This document shows, piece after piece, positions 31,547-42,669 of a stretch of 64,000 bases of DNA. Made by a program: the position numbers and the translations under genes. The stretch comes from Macrostomum lignano (taxonomy: Eukaryota): the NCBI GenBank assembly GCA_002269645.1, contig NIVC01003194.1, positions 62,001-126,000 of the forward strand, read 5' to 3'. The number at the start of each line of letters is the position of its first letter. Within the stretch, counting starts at the first letter, position 1. A model generated the notes under the pieces. It worked only from the letters and a program-made list of their open reading frames with translations, was not told the origin of the DNA and ran no database searches.

Positions 31547-32926
31547 TCAATCAATCAATCTATCAACAAACAGATCAATCCATCGATCAATCTCACTGTC
31601 GCACTCTCCGCCGCTATTATCCAACTCCGAGTCCCACCGCTCCCAGGAGTCCAGTGCGCACTCGGACTCCGCATCGTCAACCCCGGGAACGAAGGCCCAG
31701 CCGCGCCGGGTTCGAGTCTCGTCTGAGGCCCGCAGGCGGAGCAGGTGAACCCGGCCTGGGTAGGCGGACTGGAGTGACAGATCAGGGAGACTGAGGTCAT
31801 CCTTCACAAGCTCCAATTATCACTTTAGTAAAGAAAATGACTTATAGCAATCAAAATATCCTTAGAAACTAGGAATTATCCTAACAACTGGGAATAACCC
31901 TAGCAACCAGGAATAGCCCTAGCAACCCCTTAATATCCCTAGCAAACCGGAAATACACTAGCAACCGGGAGTAACCCTAGCAACTGGGAATAACCTTAGC
32001 AACCGGGAATAACCTTAGCAACCGGGAATAACCTTAGCAACCGAAAATAACCTTAGCAACCGTGAATAACACAGCAACCGGGAATGACGCTAGCAGTCGG
32101 GAATAACCCTAACAAACAATAATAACCCTAGCAACAGGAAATAACCTTAGCATAACCTTAGCAACCGAGCATGACCCTAGCAAACGGGTATAACCCTAAC
32201 ATCCGTAAATAGCCATAGCAACCGGGAATAACCCCAAAAAACCGTGAATAGCCATAGAAACCGGGAATGACCCTAGCAACCGGGAATAGCCATAGAAACC
32301 GGGAATGACCCTAGCAACCGGGAATAGTCATAGAAACCGGGAATGACCGTAGCAACCGGGAATAGCCATAGAAAAACCGGGAATGACCCTAGCAACCGGG
32401 AATAGCCATAGCAACCGGGAATAACCCTAGCAACCGGGTATAACATTAGCTACAAAGAAAAGAATCGCTACTTTGGAATAAAGCAAATCCTTATCAAACC
32501 CTAGAAACCGTAGACACACTCAAAAACAGTCAGTCAGGACAATACCCTCACCAGAAAGTATTGGATATCGGTAGGCCTGCGTACATCTGACACCACCCAG
32601 AGCCCGTCAGGAGGCGGTTGCGCCATCTGCACCGCCAGCCGGCAGAAGCAGCCAGGATCGGCAGCTCGCAGCCGCTCACCCCAGGCGATCATGTCAGCCC
32701 TGAAGGCCTCCTTGTACTCTGTGGAATCCGCCAGTCGGTCTGCATCGAGTTGGTGCAGCCTGGCGTACTCCGCCTTCAGCGGCTGGCTGACCCGAACGCA
32801 AGCGGCTGGAAAGTTGCGCTCAGCCGCGGCGGCTAATATTCGAGAGGTCACGTGATCTTTACCGGATTTGCGCTTGCCGGAGATCAGCAGCAGCTGGCGA
32901 GGCTTGAGACTGCAGTTTGAGGCCGA
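31547..32926 (-). CDS. PMVK: Animal-type phosphomevalonate kinase; join(32926..32552,31768..31547); initiator Met not adjacent (SL-derived or micro-exon 33704..33684)
   Basis: LLLISGKRKSGKDH P-loop, YKEAFRADMIAWGE, WVVSDVRRPTDIQYF, RRGWAFVPGVDDAESECALD. Intron 32551..31769 is GT-AG phase 0. Confidence 0.92.
31850..32450. repeat. Degenerate array of about 19 bp in the PMVK intron
   Basis: Unit about CCCTAGCAACCGGGAATAA. Confidence 0.9.
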
Positions 32927-33049
32927 CTGCAGTTGAGATGAAAGCGGTGGGGCGAATCCAGTTAATATCCTGTACGCACACTGGGACTTGGAATTGGCAT
33001 TTGGCGCTGATGCTTAACCTTCTTGAGGATGATATATGTATGAGGGAAT

Positions 33050-33620
33050 AAAAGATTAAGGGAGAAATGGGGGATGGGGAGCTGAAGGGAGAAATGGGGA
33101 GAGGAGATGGTGGAAATAGGGAGGGAGAGATGAAGGGAGAGATGAAGGGAGGAAGAGATGAAGGGAGAAATGAGATGGACGAGGGATGATGGGAGAAAAT
33201 GTTACAGAAAGAGATGAAGGGAGAGATGAAGTAAGAAATGGGAAAAGGGGAGGAGAGACGAAAAATGGGGAAAGGGGAAGATGCAGGGAGAAATAGGGAG
33301 AAATGAGGAGAGGGAGAGATGAAGGGAGAGATGGGGAGAGGGGGGAGATGAAGGGAGAAATATGGAGAGAAGGAGATGAAGGGAGAGATGAGGAGAGGGA
33401 TTGAGATAGATGAAGGCAGAAATTGGTAGAGGAGATGAAGAAAGAAATGAGATAGACGAGGGATGATGGGAGAAAAGGTTAAAGGTAGAGATGAAGGGAG
33501 AAATGAGGACAGGGACTGATGAAGGAAGAGATGACGGGAGAAATAGGGAAAGGGAAATGAAGGGAGGGATGAGAGAAACCGAAGAGATGAAGGGAGGATA
33601 GAAAGGGAGAGTTAGAAGGC
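33050..33620. repeat. Purine-rich degenerate repeat upstream of PMVK
   Basis: Recurring GGAGAGATGAAG blocks. Confidence 0.8.
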
Positions 33621-34139
33621 AGACGCATAGATAAGGAACTCATGTAGGAGAAGCCAACACCCCAACAGAGCCAGAAAGCTCACTAGCCATATAAAAGCTG
33701 CCATAAATTCAGGACTTTAAGCATATAACACATAGGCCTAGTGCTGTGGCCCCAGTATCTTTTTGTTAGTAAACTTTCAAGTTCCAGCACTATGAATTAT
33801 TACTATGAATATTAGTAGCCACTGGCAAGTTGAACACCAGCACAGTGAGAAAGGCAAACAAAACGCATAAAGTATACAGGCGTTAATGCTATTACTAATG
33901 TGGACAGATACTATAATTTATAAAACTTGTGTGCTCAACGATACGGGGCGTAGCTGAACTGCTGATTAGCAGGTTAATACGATGGATTTTAGATAATTCT
34001 CGACCTTCATTGTCCCGCAGAAGCGTTGTAACATTTCTGGATAGCACACGGACATTGCAGTAGGAATTTTGAAACATTTTCTAAGTGGGGCGCTTTATAT
34101 TCCCGAAGTTTTACAATCTCAAAGTTTTTTAATATCCTC

Positions 34140-35155
34140 AATAGTTCACAACCACAATGTTCACAATCCCCAATAGTTCACAACCACAATGTTCACAATC
34201 CCCAATAGTTCACAATCACGAATAGTTCACAATCCCCAATATTTCACAATCCCCAATAGTTCACAAAAATCCAATAGTTCACAATCCCCAATAGTTGACA
34301 ATCCCCAATAGTTGACAATCCCCAATAGTTCACAATCCCCAATAGTTGACAATCCCCAATAGTTCACCATCCCCAATAGTTCACAATCCCCAATAGTTGA
34401 CAATCCCCAATAGTTGACAATCCCCAATAGTTCACAATCCCCAATAGTTCACCATCCCCAATAGTTCACAATCCCCAATAGTTCACAATCCCCAATAGTT
34501 GACAATCCCCAATAGTTCACAATCCCCAATAGTTCACCATCCCCAATAGTTCACAATCCCCAATAGTTGACAATCCCCAATAGTTCACAATCCCCAATAG
34601 TTCACCATCCCCAATAGTTCACAATCCCCAATAGTTCACAATCCCCAATAGTTGACAATCCCCAATAGTTCACAAACCCAAATAGTTCACAATCCCCAAT
34701 AGTTCACAATCCCTAATAATTCACAACCACAATGTTCACAATTCCAACAGTTCACAATCCTTAATAGTTCGAAATCCACAATAGTTCACAATCCCAAATA
34801 GTTCACAATCCCAAATAGTTCACAATCCCAAATAGTTCACAATCCCAAATAGTTCACAATCCCCAATAGTTCACAATCCCTAATAGTTTACAATCCCCAA
34901 TAGTTCACAATCCCCAATAATTCACAACCACAATGTTCACAATTCCAACAGTTCACAATCCTTAATAGTTCGAAATCCACAATAGTTCACAATCCCTAAT
35001 AGTTCACAATCCCAAATAGTTCACAACCACAATGTTCACAATTCCAACAGTTCACAATCCTTAATAGTTCGAAATCCACAATAGTTCACAATCCCCAATA
35101 GTTCACAATCCCTAATAGTTCACAATCCAGAATAGTTCACAATCCCTAATAGATC
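34140..35155. repeat. 17-bp tandem array
   Basis: Unit CACAATCCCCAATAGTT. Confidence 0.95.
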
Positions 35156-36413
35156 ACAAAAGGTTTCATAAACGTGACTAATATTCCGAATTATAGTCTG
35201 TGAACTAACTCCATAAAAATTGGTAAAGTTTAAGCAGCCCATATTCTGTGTTTGAGGTGTCGAAAAATTGAATTTTATTTGATTATAATGTCAACCTTAT
35301 CAACTATATTTAGGCTAACGCAAGGAATGAAAACGAACACCCTAGCGGACTGCAAGCCGAAACAAAACTAAGTGCTTCTCCAACAAAAACAACAATTTTA
35401 CAAGATGAAAAACCTGCTAAAAACGCCCTGTTCATCAATTAGACTAATTGGATATTTTCCCTACACAAAAGAAGCAAAAGTCTGGCATGCATTCTACTTA
35501 ATGAGCTGGTTTTGTTGGCCAAGAATTGCCAAGAGCCTGGCTCAAAGGTTGCATAGAAATGATCAAGGTTGTTTTCTTAAAACTGTGTATGAGTGCTGTG
35601 CCTTCAGTGAATTTCCGTCAGTAGCTGGCTGTGAGCTTGAAGAAAAGCTACAGAATTACACAATTTTTTAATCATACTGCCAGTTTTTTAAATAAAATTT
35701 AATGAATGAATTCGCCAACAAGTTGCACAACTCGGAAGCTTTTGTTAGCTTCGGGACAATCTGCGAAAATTTATATTATTTAGCATAGCAAATATTAATT
35801 AACAAATTAATACACACGGTAAAATTTATCCATAAAAACTGCTTGCAAAACAACTGATGCTAAAACTCTCCCTTAGTGATTTTTAAAAAAATTCGATATG
35901 TTTGCATTCATGCTTAAACCAGATTAAAGAGAAGGCACAAATTCTTTTGGAGCCAAATATTTGTAGCATAACAGGTAGAAAAAGCTGAAAAAGTGATGGT
36001 AAAACAGGGGTAAAATGCTTACTAAATAAATAATGATGTACAATATTAGTAGCAATATATAATAAGTAATAAAGGTGAATAATCAGTTGTCGGTGTCAAA
36101 ATTTCGCAACTAAGTATTAATAAGTCATGAATCATGCAATTAAAAAATCTGGCCAAAAAACGGAGCACACAATATTGATTTTATTGACTTATTCCAAAGC
36201 TAAAATATAGAAAAAGAGCGTCATAAAAAATTCGATGCACATACACCTGTTGTTTCACTGCAAACAATAATACTGATATGATAGGATAAAGACTTCATGC
36301 AAATACCAGAACAAGGACTACTGACATTGCAAATAACAATTCTTTTAGCTGAGATGGCATTAAAAACGCACAGATGGCATAGAAGTTGATTGTCAATCCA
36401 TCACAACCAGCAT

Positions 36414-38357
36414 TCAGTCTGTCCCGCCGGTGTCCAAGCAGCCCCGCGCGCTCCACACCATCTTGACGCACTCTTCGGCGTCGTTAAACCACCGATGCGG
36501 CCGTCTGACACGACGCTGCAGCAGGCGGATTAGCGACAACAGTCGGGCCTCGAAACGCGAGTTCAGCTCGTTAGCTAAGAGTGGCGCGGAAGTGGAGAAT
36601 GAGGACACGAACTCGGCTACAACCCCGACAGTTGATTCCACCTCTGCTTTGATTGCTGGATCGACAACAAAATTGGCAACATCGTATAAATTGTTTTTAT
36701 CGGCACCCTCGACTTCGCTCTTATCGTCCTTAGCAATCGCATCAATCCATCTAGGCTGCAACGCCAACAAGCCATCATACAGTGGCCAATCATTCTCGCA
36801 AGCAACACAGTCGCAGTCGAACAAATACTGAGCTGCAAGACTTTCTTGACGCTGCTGTTTCGGATGCACAGCCCAATGCAAACCGTAGTTGTCAAGGAGC
36901 TCCTCGCCTTTAGCAATCGGTCGGAGAGCTCGAATCTCCAGTCTCAAACCGGGACAAGTGACTCGCGATACATTCGGATCGCAAGAATGATTAATTAAAC
37001 TAGCCGTTGGATACACAGCCGACCCAATGTCTCTGATAGTCAGTGCAGAAATATCCACTGAGCTGCCATTGTCAGTACTACTACTAGTAGTCAGCCTACT
37101 CGGCGGAGTGGACAATGCAGTTACATCGTGAGCATTGCACGGCACCAGCATCAGATGGCGCAGCAGTGCTGCAACAAGTGGGGCGGCTACATCTAGCTGA
37201 GAATTTGCCTCAGACTCAACACTGAGCAGCAGAGCCATCTGGCAGGCAACGGCGACTCGCTGAGCCAAATCGCGACTCTCTCGCTGTCGTTCTCCAGCTA
37301 CCAAAGCCAGCACCGATTGATAATCGCCAGCAGATCCGAATACCGATTCGAAATCTTTGAAATTCTTTGCCTTAGCAACAGCTTGAGCAACGGAAACCGG
37401 ACCGCCAGCAGCGATCACGGTGGCGAAAGCGAGCCGACCAATGCTCGCATTGAATGCGGAGTCCAACCAGCCAGCCAGCCAGCCGCATTCCACCCTGTGG
37501 ACCGGGTCGTTATCCCGACAATTCTCCGAGCAGAAGCCAACAACTGAGCAGTCGCTACAGGGCAGCAACCGTTGGCAAGGTGCCAAGCAGGCTGAGCAGT
37601 GACTATCGCGAAGATTTGACAGCAGAATGGCGCTAAAAGCCGGCTCAGAGACCAACAGGTCTCCAACATCGACGTCTTCAAGAGTAAGAAGACAGCGACC
37701 GCGACTTTCGTCTGCCAGAGCGAGCTGCACCTTGGCGCTGGCGTGCGGCAGCTGTTGATTAAAATCCCGCAACAACGATTGAGATGCTGCTGCTGGCTGG
37801 GAAACACTTGAGGATTTCGACACTGACATTCTCTTCTGACAGTCAGCGATGCGACCTGTCAGCTTACCGGCCCGCTCGTCGCCATACGGCAACCGTAGAG
37901 CCGCTTCAGCATCGGCTATGGCTTCCGCATAGCAACCGAGACGTTTGAACACCAGCGAACGGTTGGCGAAAGCCACGGCAAGATCCGAGCTACCTGGCTG
38001 GGCGTGCCGGATGCATTCAGAAAATCGCAGCGCCGCTAAACGCAGCAGGCCGCAGTCGAGGGCTTCCAGACCGGCCGAACGAGCTTCCGCTAGGCGAGCT
38101 GGACTCTTGGCGTCGCTAGGCAACGGACGCTGATGCTTTGTCCAGACGGTGGCACTTCTGGCAGCATAGTTAGACCAATCAATCGAGGCAAGCACTCGTT
38201 CGGCAAGGCGAAGTTCGAATTCCATGGATGCCGTGGAATCGTTGAGAATATTGGTTGCTTCGTTTGAGCCTAGCCAGTCAAGAGCTGCGGCTGCGGCTTT
38301 AGTACCGAGCGACTTCATGGACTGCAGCATGCTGCTGCTCTTGACTGGGGATGCCAT
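36414..38357 (-). CDS. SMYD4: SET and MYND domain lysine methyltransferase, SMYD4-like, single exon, 647 aa
   Basis: N-terminal TPR (LAVAFANRSLVFKRLGCYAEAIADAEAAL), split SET (RGRCLLTLEDVDVGDLL), MYND (CSAC..CSDC..FCSENC..HRVEC), LINHSCDPN, ELLDNYG, post-SET FDCDCVAC. The paralog assignment is less certain than the family. Confidence 0.88.
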   Translation of the reverse strand: MASPVKSSSMLQSMKSLGTKAAAAALDWLGSNEATNILNDSTASMEFELRLAERVLASIDWSNYAARSATVWTKHQRPLPSDAKSPARLAEARSAGLEALDCGLLRLAALRFSECIRHAQPGSSDLAVAFANRSLVFKRLGCYAEAIADAEAALRLPYGDERAGKLTGRIADCQKRMSVSKSSSVSQPAAASQSLLRDFNQQLPHASAKVQLALADESRGRCLLTLEDVDVGDLLVSEPAFSAILLSNLRDSHCSACLAPCQRLLPCSDCSVVGFCSENCRDNDPVHRVECGWLAGWLDSAFNASIGRLAFATVIAAGGPVSVAQAVAKAKNFKDFESVFGSAGDYQSVLALVAGERQRESRDLAQRVAVACQMALLLSVESEANSQLDVAAPLVAALLRHLMLVPCNAHDVTALSTPPSRLTTSSSTDNGSSVDISALTIRDIGSAVYPTASLINHSCDPNVSRVTCPGLRLEIRALRPIAKGEELLDNYGLHWAVHPKQQRQESLAAQYLFDCDCVACENDWPLYDGLLALQPRWIDAIAKDDKSEVEGADKNNLYDVANFVVDPAIKAEVESTVGVVAEFVSSFSTSAPLLANELNSRFEARLLSLIRLLQRRVRRPHRWFNDAEECVKMVWSARGCLDTGGTD

Positions 38358-38519
38358 TTGTCTGTTGGAGCTGCTTGACTGGCATGAGATAATGGGTTGG
38401 ATGGGTTACAGGTGAATAAGGCGTGCTCTGTACGACGAGAGTAGAAGCACGAGTACCTAAGAAGTACCTAAGACGTACGATATTCTTACATCTGCGAGTC
38501 TGTGACGCATAGGGTTTTA

Positions 38520-40680
38520 GGTTCGTGTTGCATCTATGGGGTGGTGGTGTATTTATGGCGTGGTGTTGTATCTAGATGGTGATGCTGTATCTATGGCGTA
38601 GTGTGGTGTTGTATCTAGATGGTGATGCTGTATCTATGGTGTGGTGTTGTATCTAGATGGTGATGCTGTATCTATGGTGTGGTATTGTATTTAGATGGTG
38701 ATGCTGTATCTATGGCGTAGTGTTATATTGTATCTAGATGGTGATGCTGTATCTATGGCGTGGTGTTGTATCTAGATGGTGATGCTGTATCTATGGCGTG
38801 GTGTTGTATTGTATCTAGATGGTGATGCTGTATCTATGGCGTGGTGTTGTATCTAGATGGTGATGCTGTATCTATGGCGTGGTGTTGTATCTAGATGGTG
38901 ATGCTGTATCTATGGCGTAGTGTTATATTGTATCTAGATGATGATGCTGTATCTATGGCGTAGTGTTGTATTGTATCTAGATGGTGATGCTGTATCTATG
39001 GCGTAGTGTTATATTGTATCTAGATGGTGATGCTGTATCTATGGCGTAGTGTTGTATTGTATCTAGATGGTGATGCTGTATCTATGGCGTAGTGTTATAT
39101 TGTATCTAGATGGTGATGCTGTATCTATGGCGTGGTGTTGTATCTAGATGGTGATGCTGTATCTATGGCGTAGTGTTATATTGTATCTAGATGGTGATGC
39201 TGTATCTATGGCGTGGTGTTGTATCTAGATGGTGATGCTGTATCTATGGCGTGGTGTTGTATCTAGATGGTGATGCTGTATCTATGGCGTGGTGTTGTAT
39301 TGTATCTAGATGGTGATGCTGTATCTATGGCGTGGTGTTGTATCTAGATGGTGATGCTGTATCTATGGCGTGGTGTTGTATCTAGATGGTGATGCTGTAT
39401 CTATGGCGTAGTGTTATATTGTATCTAGATGATGATGCTGTATCTATGGCGTAGTGTTGTATTGTATCTAGATGGTGATGCTGTATCTATGGCGTAGTGT
39501 TATATTGTATCTAGATGGTGATGCTGTATCTATGGCGTAGTGTTGTATTGTATCTAGATGGTGATGCTGTATCTATGGCGTAGTGTTATATTGTATCTAG
39601 ATGGTGATGCTGTATCTATGGCGTGGTGTTGTATCTAGATGGTGATGCTGTATCTATGGCGTAGTGTTATATTGTATCTAGATGGTGATGCTGTATCTAT
39701 GGCGTAGTGTTGTATTGTATCTAGATGGTGATGCTGTATCTATGGCGTAGTGTTATATTGTATCTAGATGGTGATGCTGTATCTATGGCGTAGTGTTATA
39801 TTGTATCTAGATGGTGATGCTGTATCTATGGCGTGGTGTTGTATCTAGATGGTGATGCTGTATCTATGGCGTAGTGTGGTATTGTATCTAGATGGTGATG
39901 CTGTATCTATGGCGTAGTGTTGTGTTGTATCTAGATGGTGATGCTGTATCTATGGCGTAGTGTTGTATTGTATCTAGATGGTGATGCTGTATCTATGGCG
40001 TAGTGTTATATTGTATCTAGATGGTGATGCTGTATCTATGGCGTGGTGTTGTATCTAGATGGTGATGCTGTATCTATGGCGTAGTGTGGTATTGTATCTA
40101 GATGGTGATGCTATATCTATGGCGTAGTGTTGTGTTGTATCTAGATGGTGATGCTGTATCTATGGCGTGGTGTTATATTGTATCTAGATGGTGATGCTGT
40201 ATCTATGGCGTGGTGTTGTATCTAGATGGTGATGCTGTATCTATGGCGTGGTGTTATATTGTATCTAGATGGTGATGCTGTATCTATGGCGTGGTGTTGT
40301 ATCTAGATGGTGATGCTGTATCTATGGCGTAGTGTTATATTGTATCTAGATGGTGATGCTGTATCTATGGCGTAGTGTTATATTGTATCTAGATGGTGAT
40401 GCTGTATCTATGGCGTAATGTTATATTGTATCTAGATGGTGATGCTGTATCTATGGCGTGGTGTTGTATCTAGATGGTGATGCTGTATCTATGGCGTAGT
40501 GTGGTATTGTATCTAGATGGTGATGCTATATCTATGGCGTAGTGTTGTGTTGTATCTAGATGGTGATGCTGTATCTATGGCGTAGTGTTGTATTGTATCT
40601 AGATGGTGATGCTGTATCTATGGCGTAGTGTTGTATTGTATCTAGATGATGTGATGTATCTATATTAGTATGTTGTATCT
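38520..40680. repeat. 38/43-bp dimeric satellite array
   Basis: Unit GTATCTAGATGGTGATGCT + GTATCTATGGCGTGGTGTT, with a variant 5 bp longer. Confidence 0.96.
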
Positions 40681-41198
40681 ATGTTTGTACCCTACATGTA
40701 TCTGTGTGTTGTATATGTAGGGTAGTGGGGCCTAGAGTCCTATCTGTATTGATTTCGACGTTGTGAGTCTGTTTCACTGAGCTGCAATAAATCATATCAT
40801 GGCATAAAATGAAAATAATGTAGCAATGTATCAAATTATTCCTACTTAAGCTACTTAAAGTAGGATAGTAGGCATTTTATTTTATACTTTAAAATATAAT
40901 AAAACTAGGAAAAATAATAACCGAAACAGCTTAAAACTATCGGAGATTTTATACGTATAACACAACAATTTTTTATAGAGAAAACTGATAATTGCATAGA
41001 TTTGTATAACACTATTGACATGCACGAAAAGCTAAAAACACACGCATTTGGTAACTGATTAACAGACTACTTGGTTTGTAAGTTAAATACTGGTACGAAC
41101 GTATTTGTACAAGACATAAATAAACCAAAACCAAGCGATATTTATAAATGCGAAAATGTCTATGTTTGAACGTTCAAACGGTACAAGAGAAATGTAAG

Positions 41199-42569
41199 CT
41201 AAGCAAGCTTTGAACGTTTAGTCGCGGTGGCAGAGTTAGACTCATCTGCGCTCGAATGTTCAAGTTTCTTTTTCATATCGGTGACAACTTCATCTTTGAT
41301 TTTGATACTTTGATTTGAACTCTCCGACGAGGTGCGTTGAGCACTTTCCAAAGTGCGCTCTGTACTTTCAGAAATGCGTTCCAAAGTGCGCTCTGTACTT
41401 TCCGAAGTACAATGTGCACTTTCCGAAGTGCATTTTGAACTTTCCAAAGTGCGTTCTGTACTTTCAGAAATGCGTTCCAAAGTGCGTTCTGTACTTTTCG
41501 AAGTACAATGTGCACTTTCCGAAGTGCATTTTGAACTTTCCAAAGTGCGTTCTGTACTTGGAATCTCGCATTTAGCTTCTTTTTGAGCTTCTCTATCGAT
41601 TTTTTGATTCTGATCAGACTCGGCGAATCGCCATGGAAACCGTTCACTCTTTCGCGTATGCTTAGAAAACAGTCTCAACGGTTGCAGGCGAAGCAACGGC
41701 CTCAGCATCTCTTCGGCATCAATGCCGAGCAGTTCTCTACAGACCAACGCCATGACAAGATCGCAACGAGCATTTATACGCAGATAACTCTGAGCATCTT
41801 TCTTTGTAGGCTGCAGATTAATAATGACTAATTTGCCGCCCATTGTGGGCAGATCGGCGGCCGGAACAATCTGCAAACTGGTGCCCAGAGTCAGATTAAC
41901 GGTAGCCCGACTGGAATGCTCGCGAGCTCGACGAAGATCTACCTGAGGCAGCTGATGCTCCCAGTCTAGCACCGTGTCCAGCATCTGGCCGCCGCAGATG
42001 CCGTCAACACTGTCACCAGCATCGCCACCGGCTTTGACGGATTTCTTTCTGCCTCGCCTAGCCGGAGCTCCGCACCGCCTCCCGGTGGCTTTCTGACCGA
42101 CCGTCTCCACCGGTTGGTCTCTCGCCCGGTGCAAGCCGCACCGGGCGCACCGCTCAACAAACATATCGCCATGCAAAATCGACAACCGATTGCGAGGAAA
42201 TCCAGACCGAAGGTGCAAACCGTCAACATTCTGCGTCACCAGGTAGTGAACGAATCCGGCCGTTTCCAAGGCAACCAGAGCGGCGTGAGTAAGTGTTGGC
42301 TGAGCCTCTTCAAACTTGGCCCCGGCTTCAACTGTTCGACCTTCGCGTTCTAGAGTCCAGACGCCGTTGGGGCCGCGGAAATCCGGGATTCCGGCCGAGG
42401 TGCTGACGCCGGCTCCCGTGTGGACAACGACTCGAGCTCCGGGCTGTCGAATCAGGTCCACCAGCTGACGAGCTTTCAACTCCCAATCGGCTTGGGACTC
42501 GTGAGTTTCGGGCAGGCCCAGAGTGCCTTTGTCCGAGTATTCGGACAGCCCGGCCGAGTAGTTAGCCGA
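41199..42569 (-). CDS. SIRT6: NAD-dependent deacylase sirtuin 6, single coding exon starting at an acceptor (Met supplied in trans or by an unseen exon; alternative in-frame ATG at 42650)
   Basis: SANYSAGLSEYSDKGTLGLPE matches the SIRT6 N-terminus (MSVNYAAGLSPYADKG type). Also HTGAGVSTSAGIPDFRGPNGVWT, TQNVDGLHLRSG, HGDMF, four Zn cysteines, LDTVLDWE, LGTSLQI and INLQPT. Confidence 0.93.
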   Translation of the reverse strand, partial: SANYSAGLSEYSDKGTLGLPETHESQADWELKARQLVDLIRQPGARVVVHTGAGVSTSAGIPDFRGPNGVWTLEREGRTVEAGAKFEEAQPTLTHAALVALETAGFVHYLVTQNVDGLHLRSGFPRNRLSILHGDMFVERCARCGLHRARDQPVETVGQKATGRRCGAPARRGRKKSVKAGGDAGDSVDGICGGQMLDTVLDWEHQLPQVDLRRAREHSSRATVNLTLGTSLQIVPAADLPTMGGKLVIINLQPTKKDAQSYLRINARCDLVMALVCRELLGIDAEEMLRPLLRLQPLRLFSKHTRKSERFPWRFAESDQNQKIDREAQKEAKCEIPSTERTLESSKCTSESAHCTSKSTERTLERISESTERTLESSKCTSESAHCTSESTERTLERISESTERTLESAQRTSSESSNQSIKIKDEVVTDMKKKLEHSSADESNSATATKRSKLA

Positions 42570-42669
42570 CTGGAGGTGGGAGGAAGGAGATGAACTGTTG
42601 GTGTGTTGCCGTACCGACTGTTTTTCTATAACGTTATGGACCCTAATCATCTCTATTCTCTCTAAAAAA

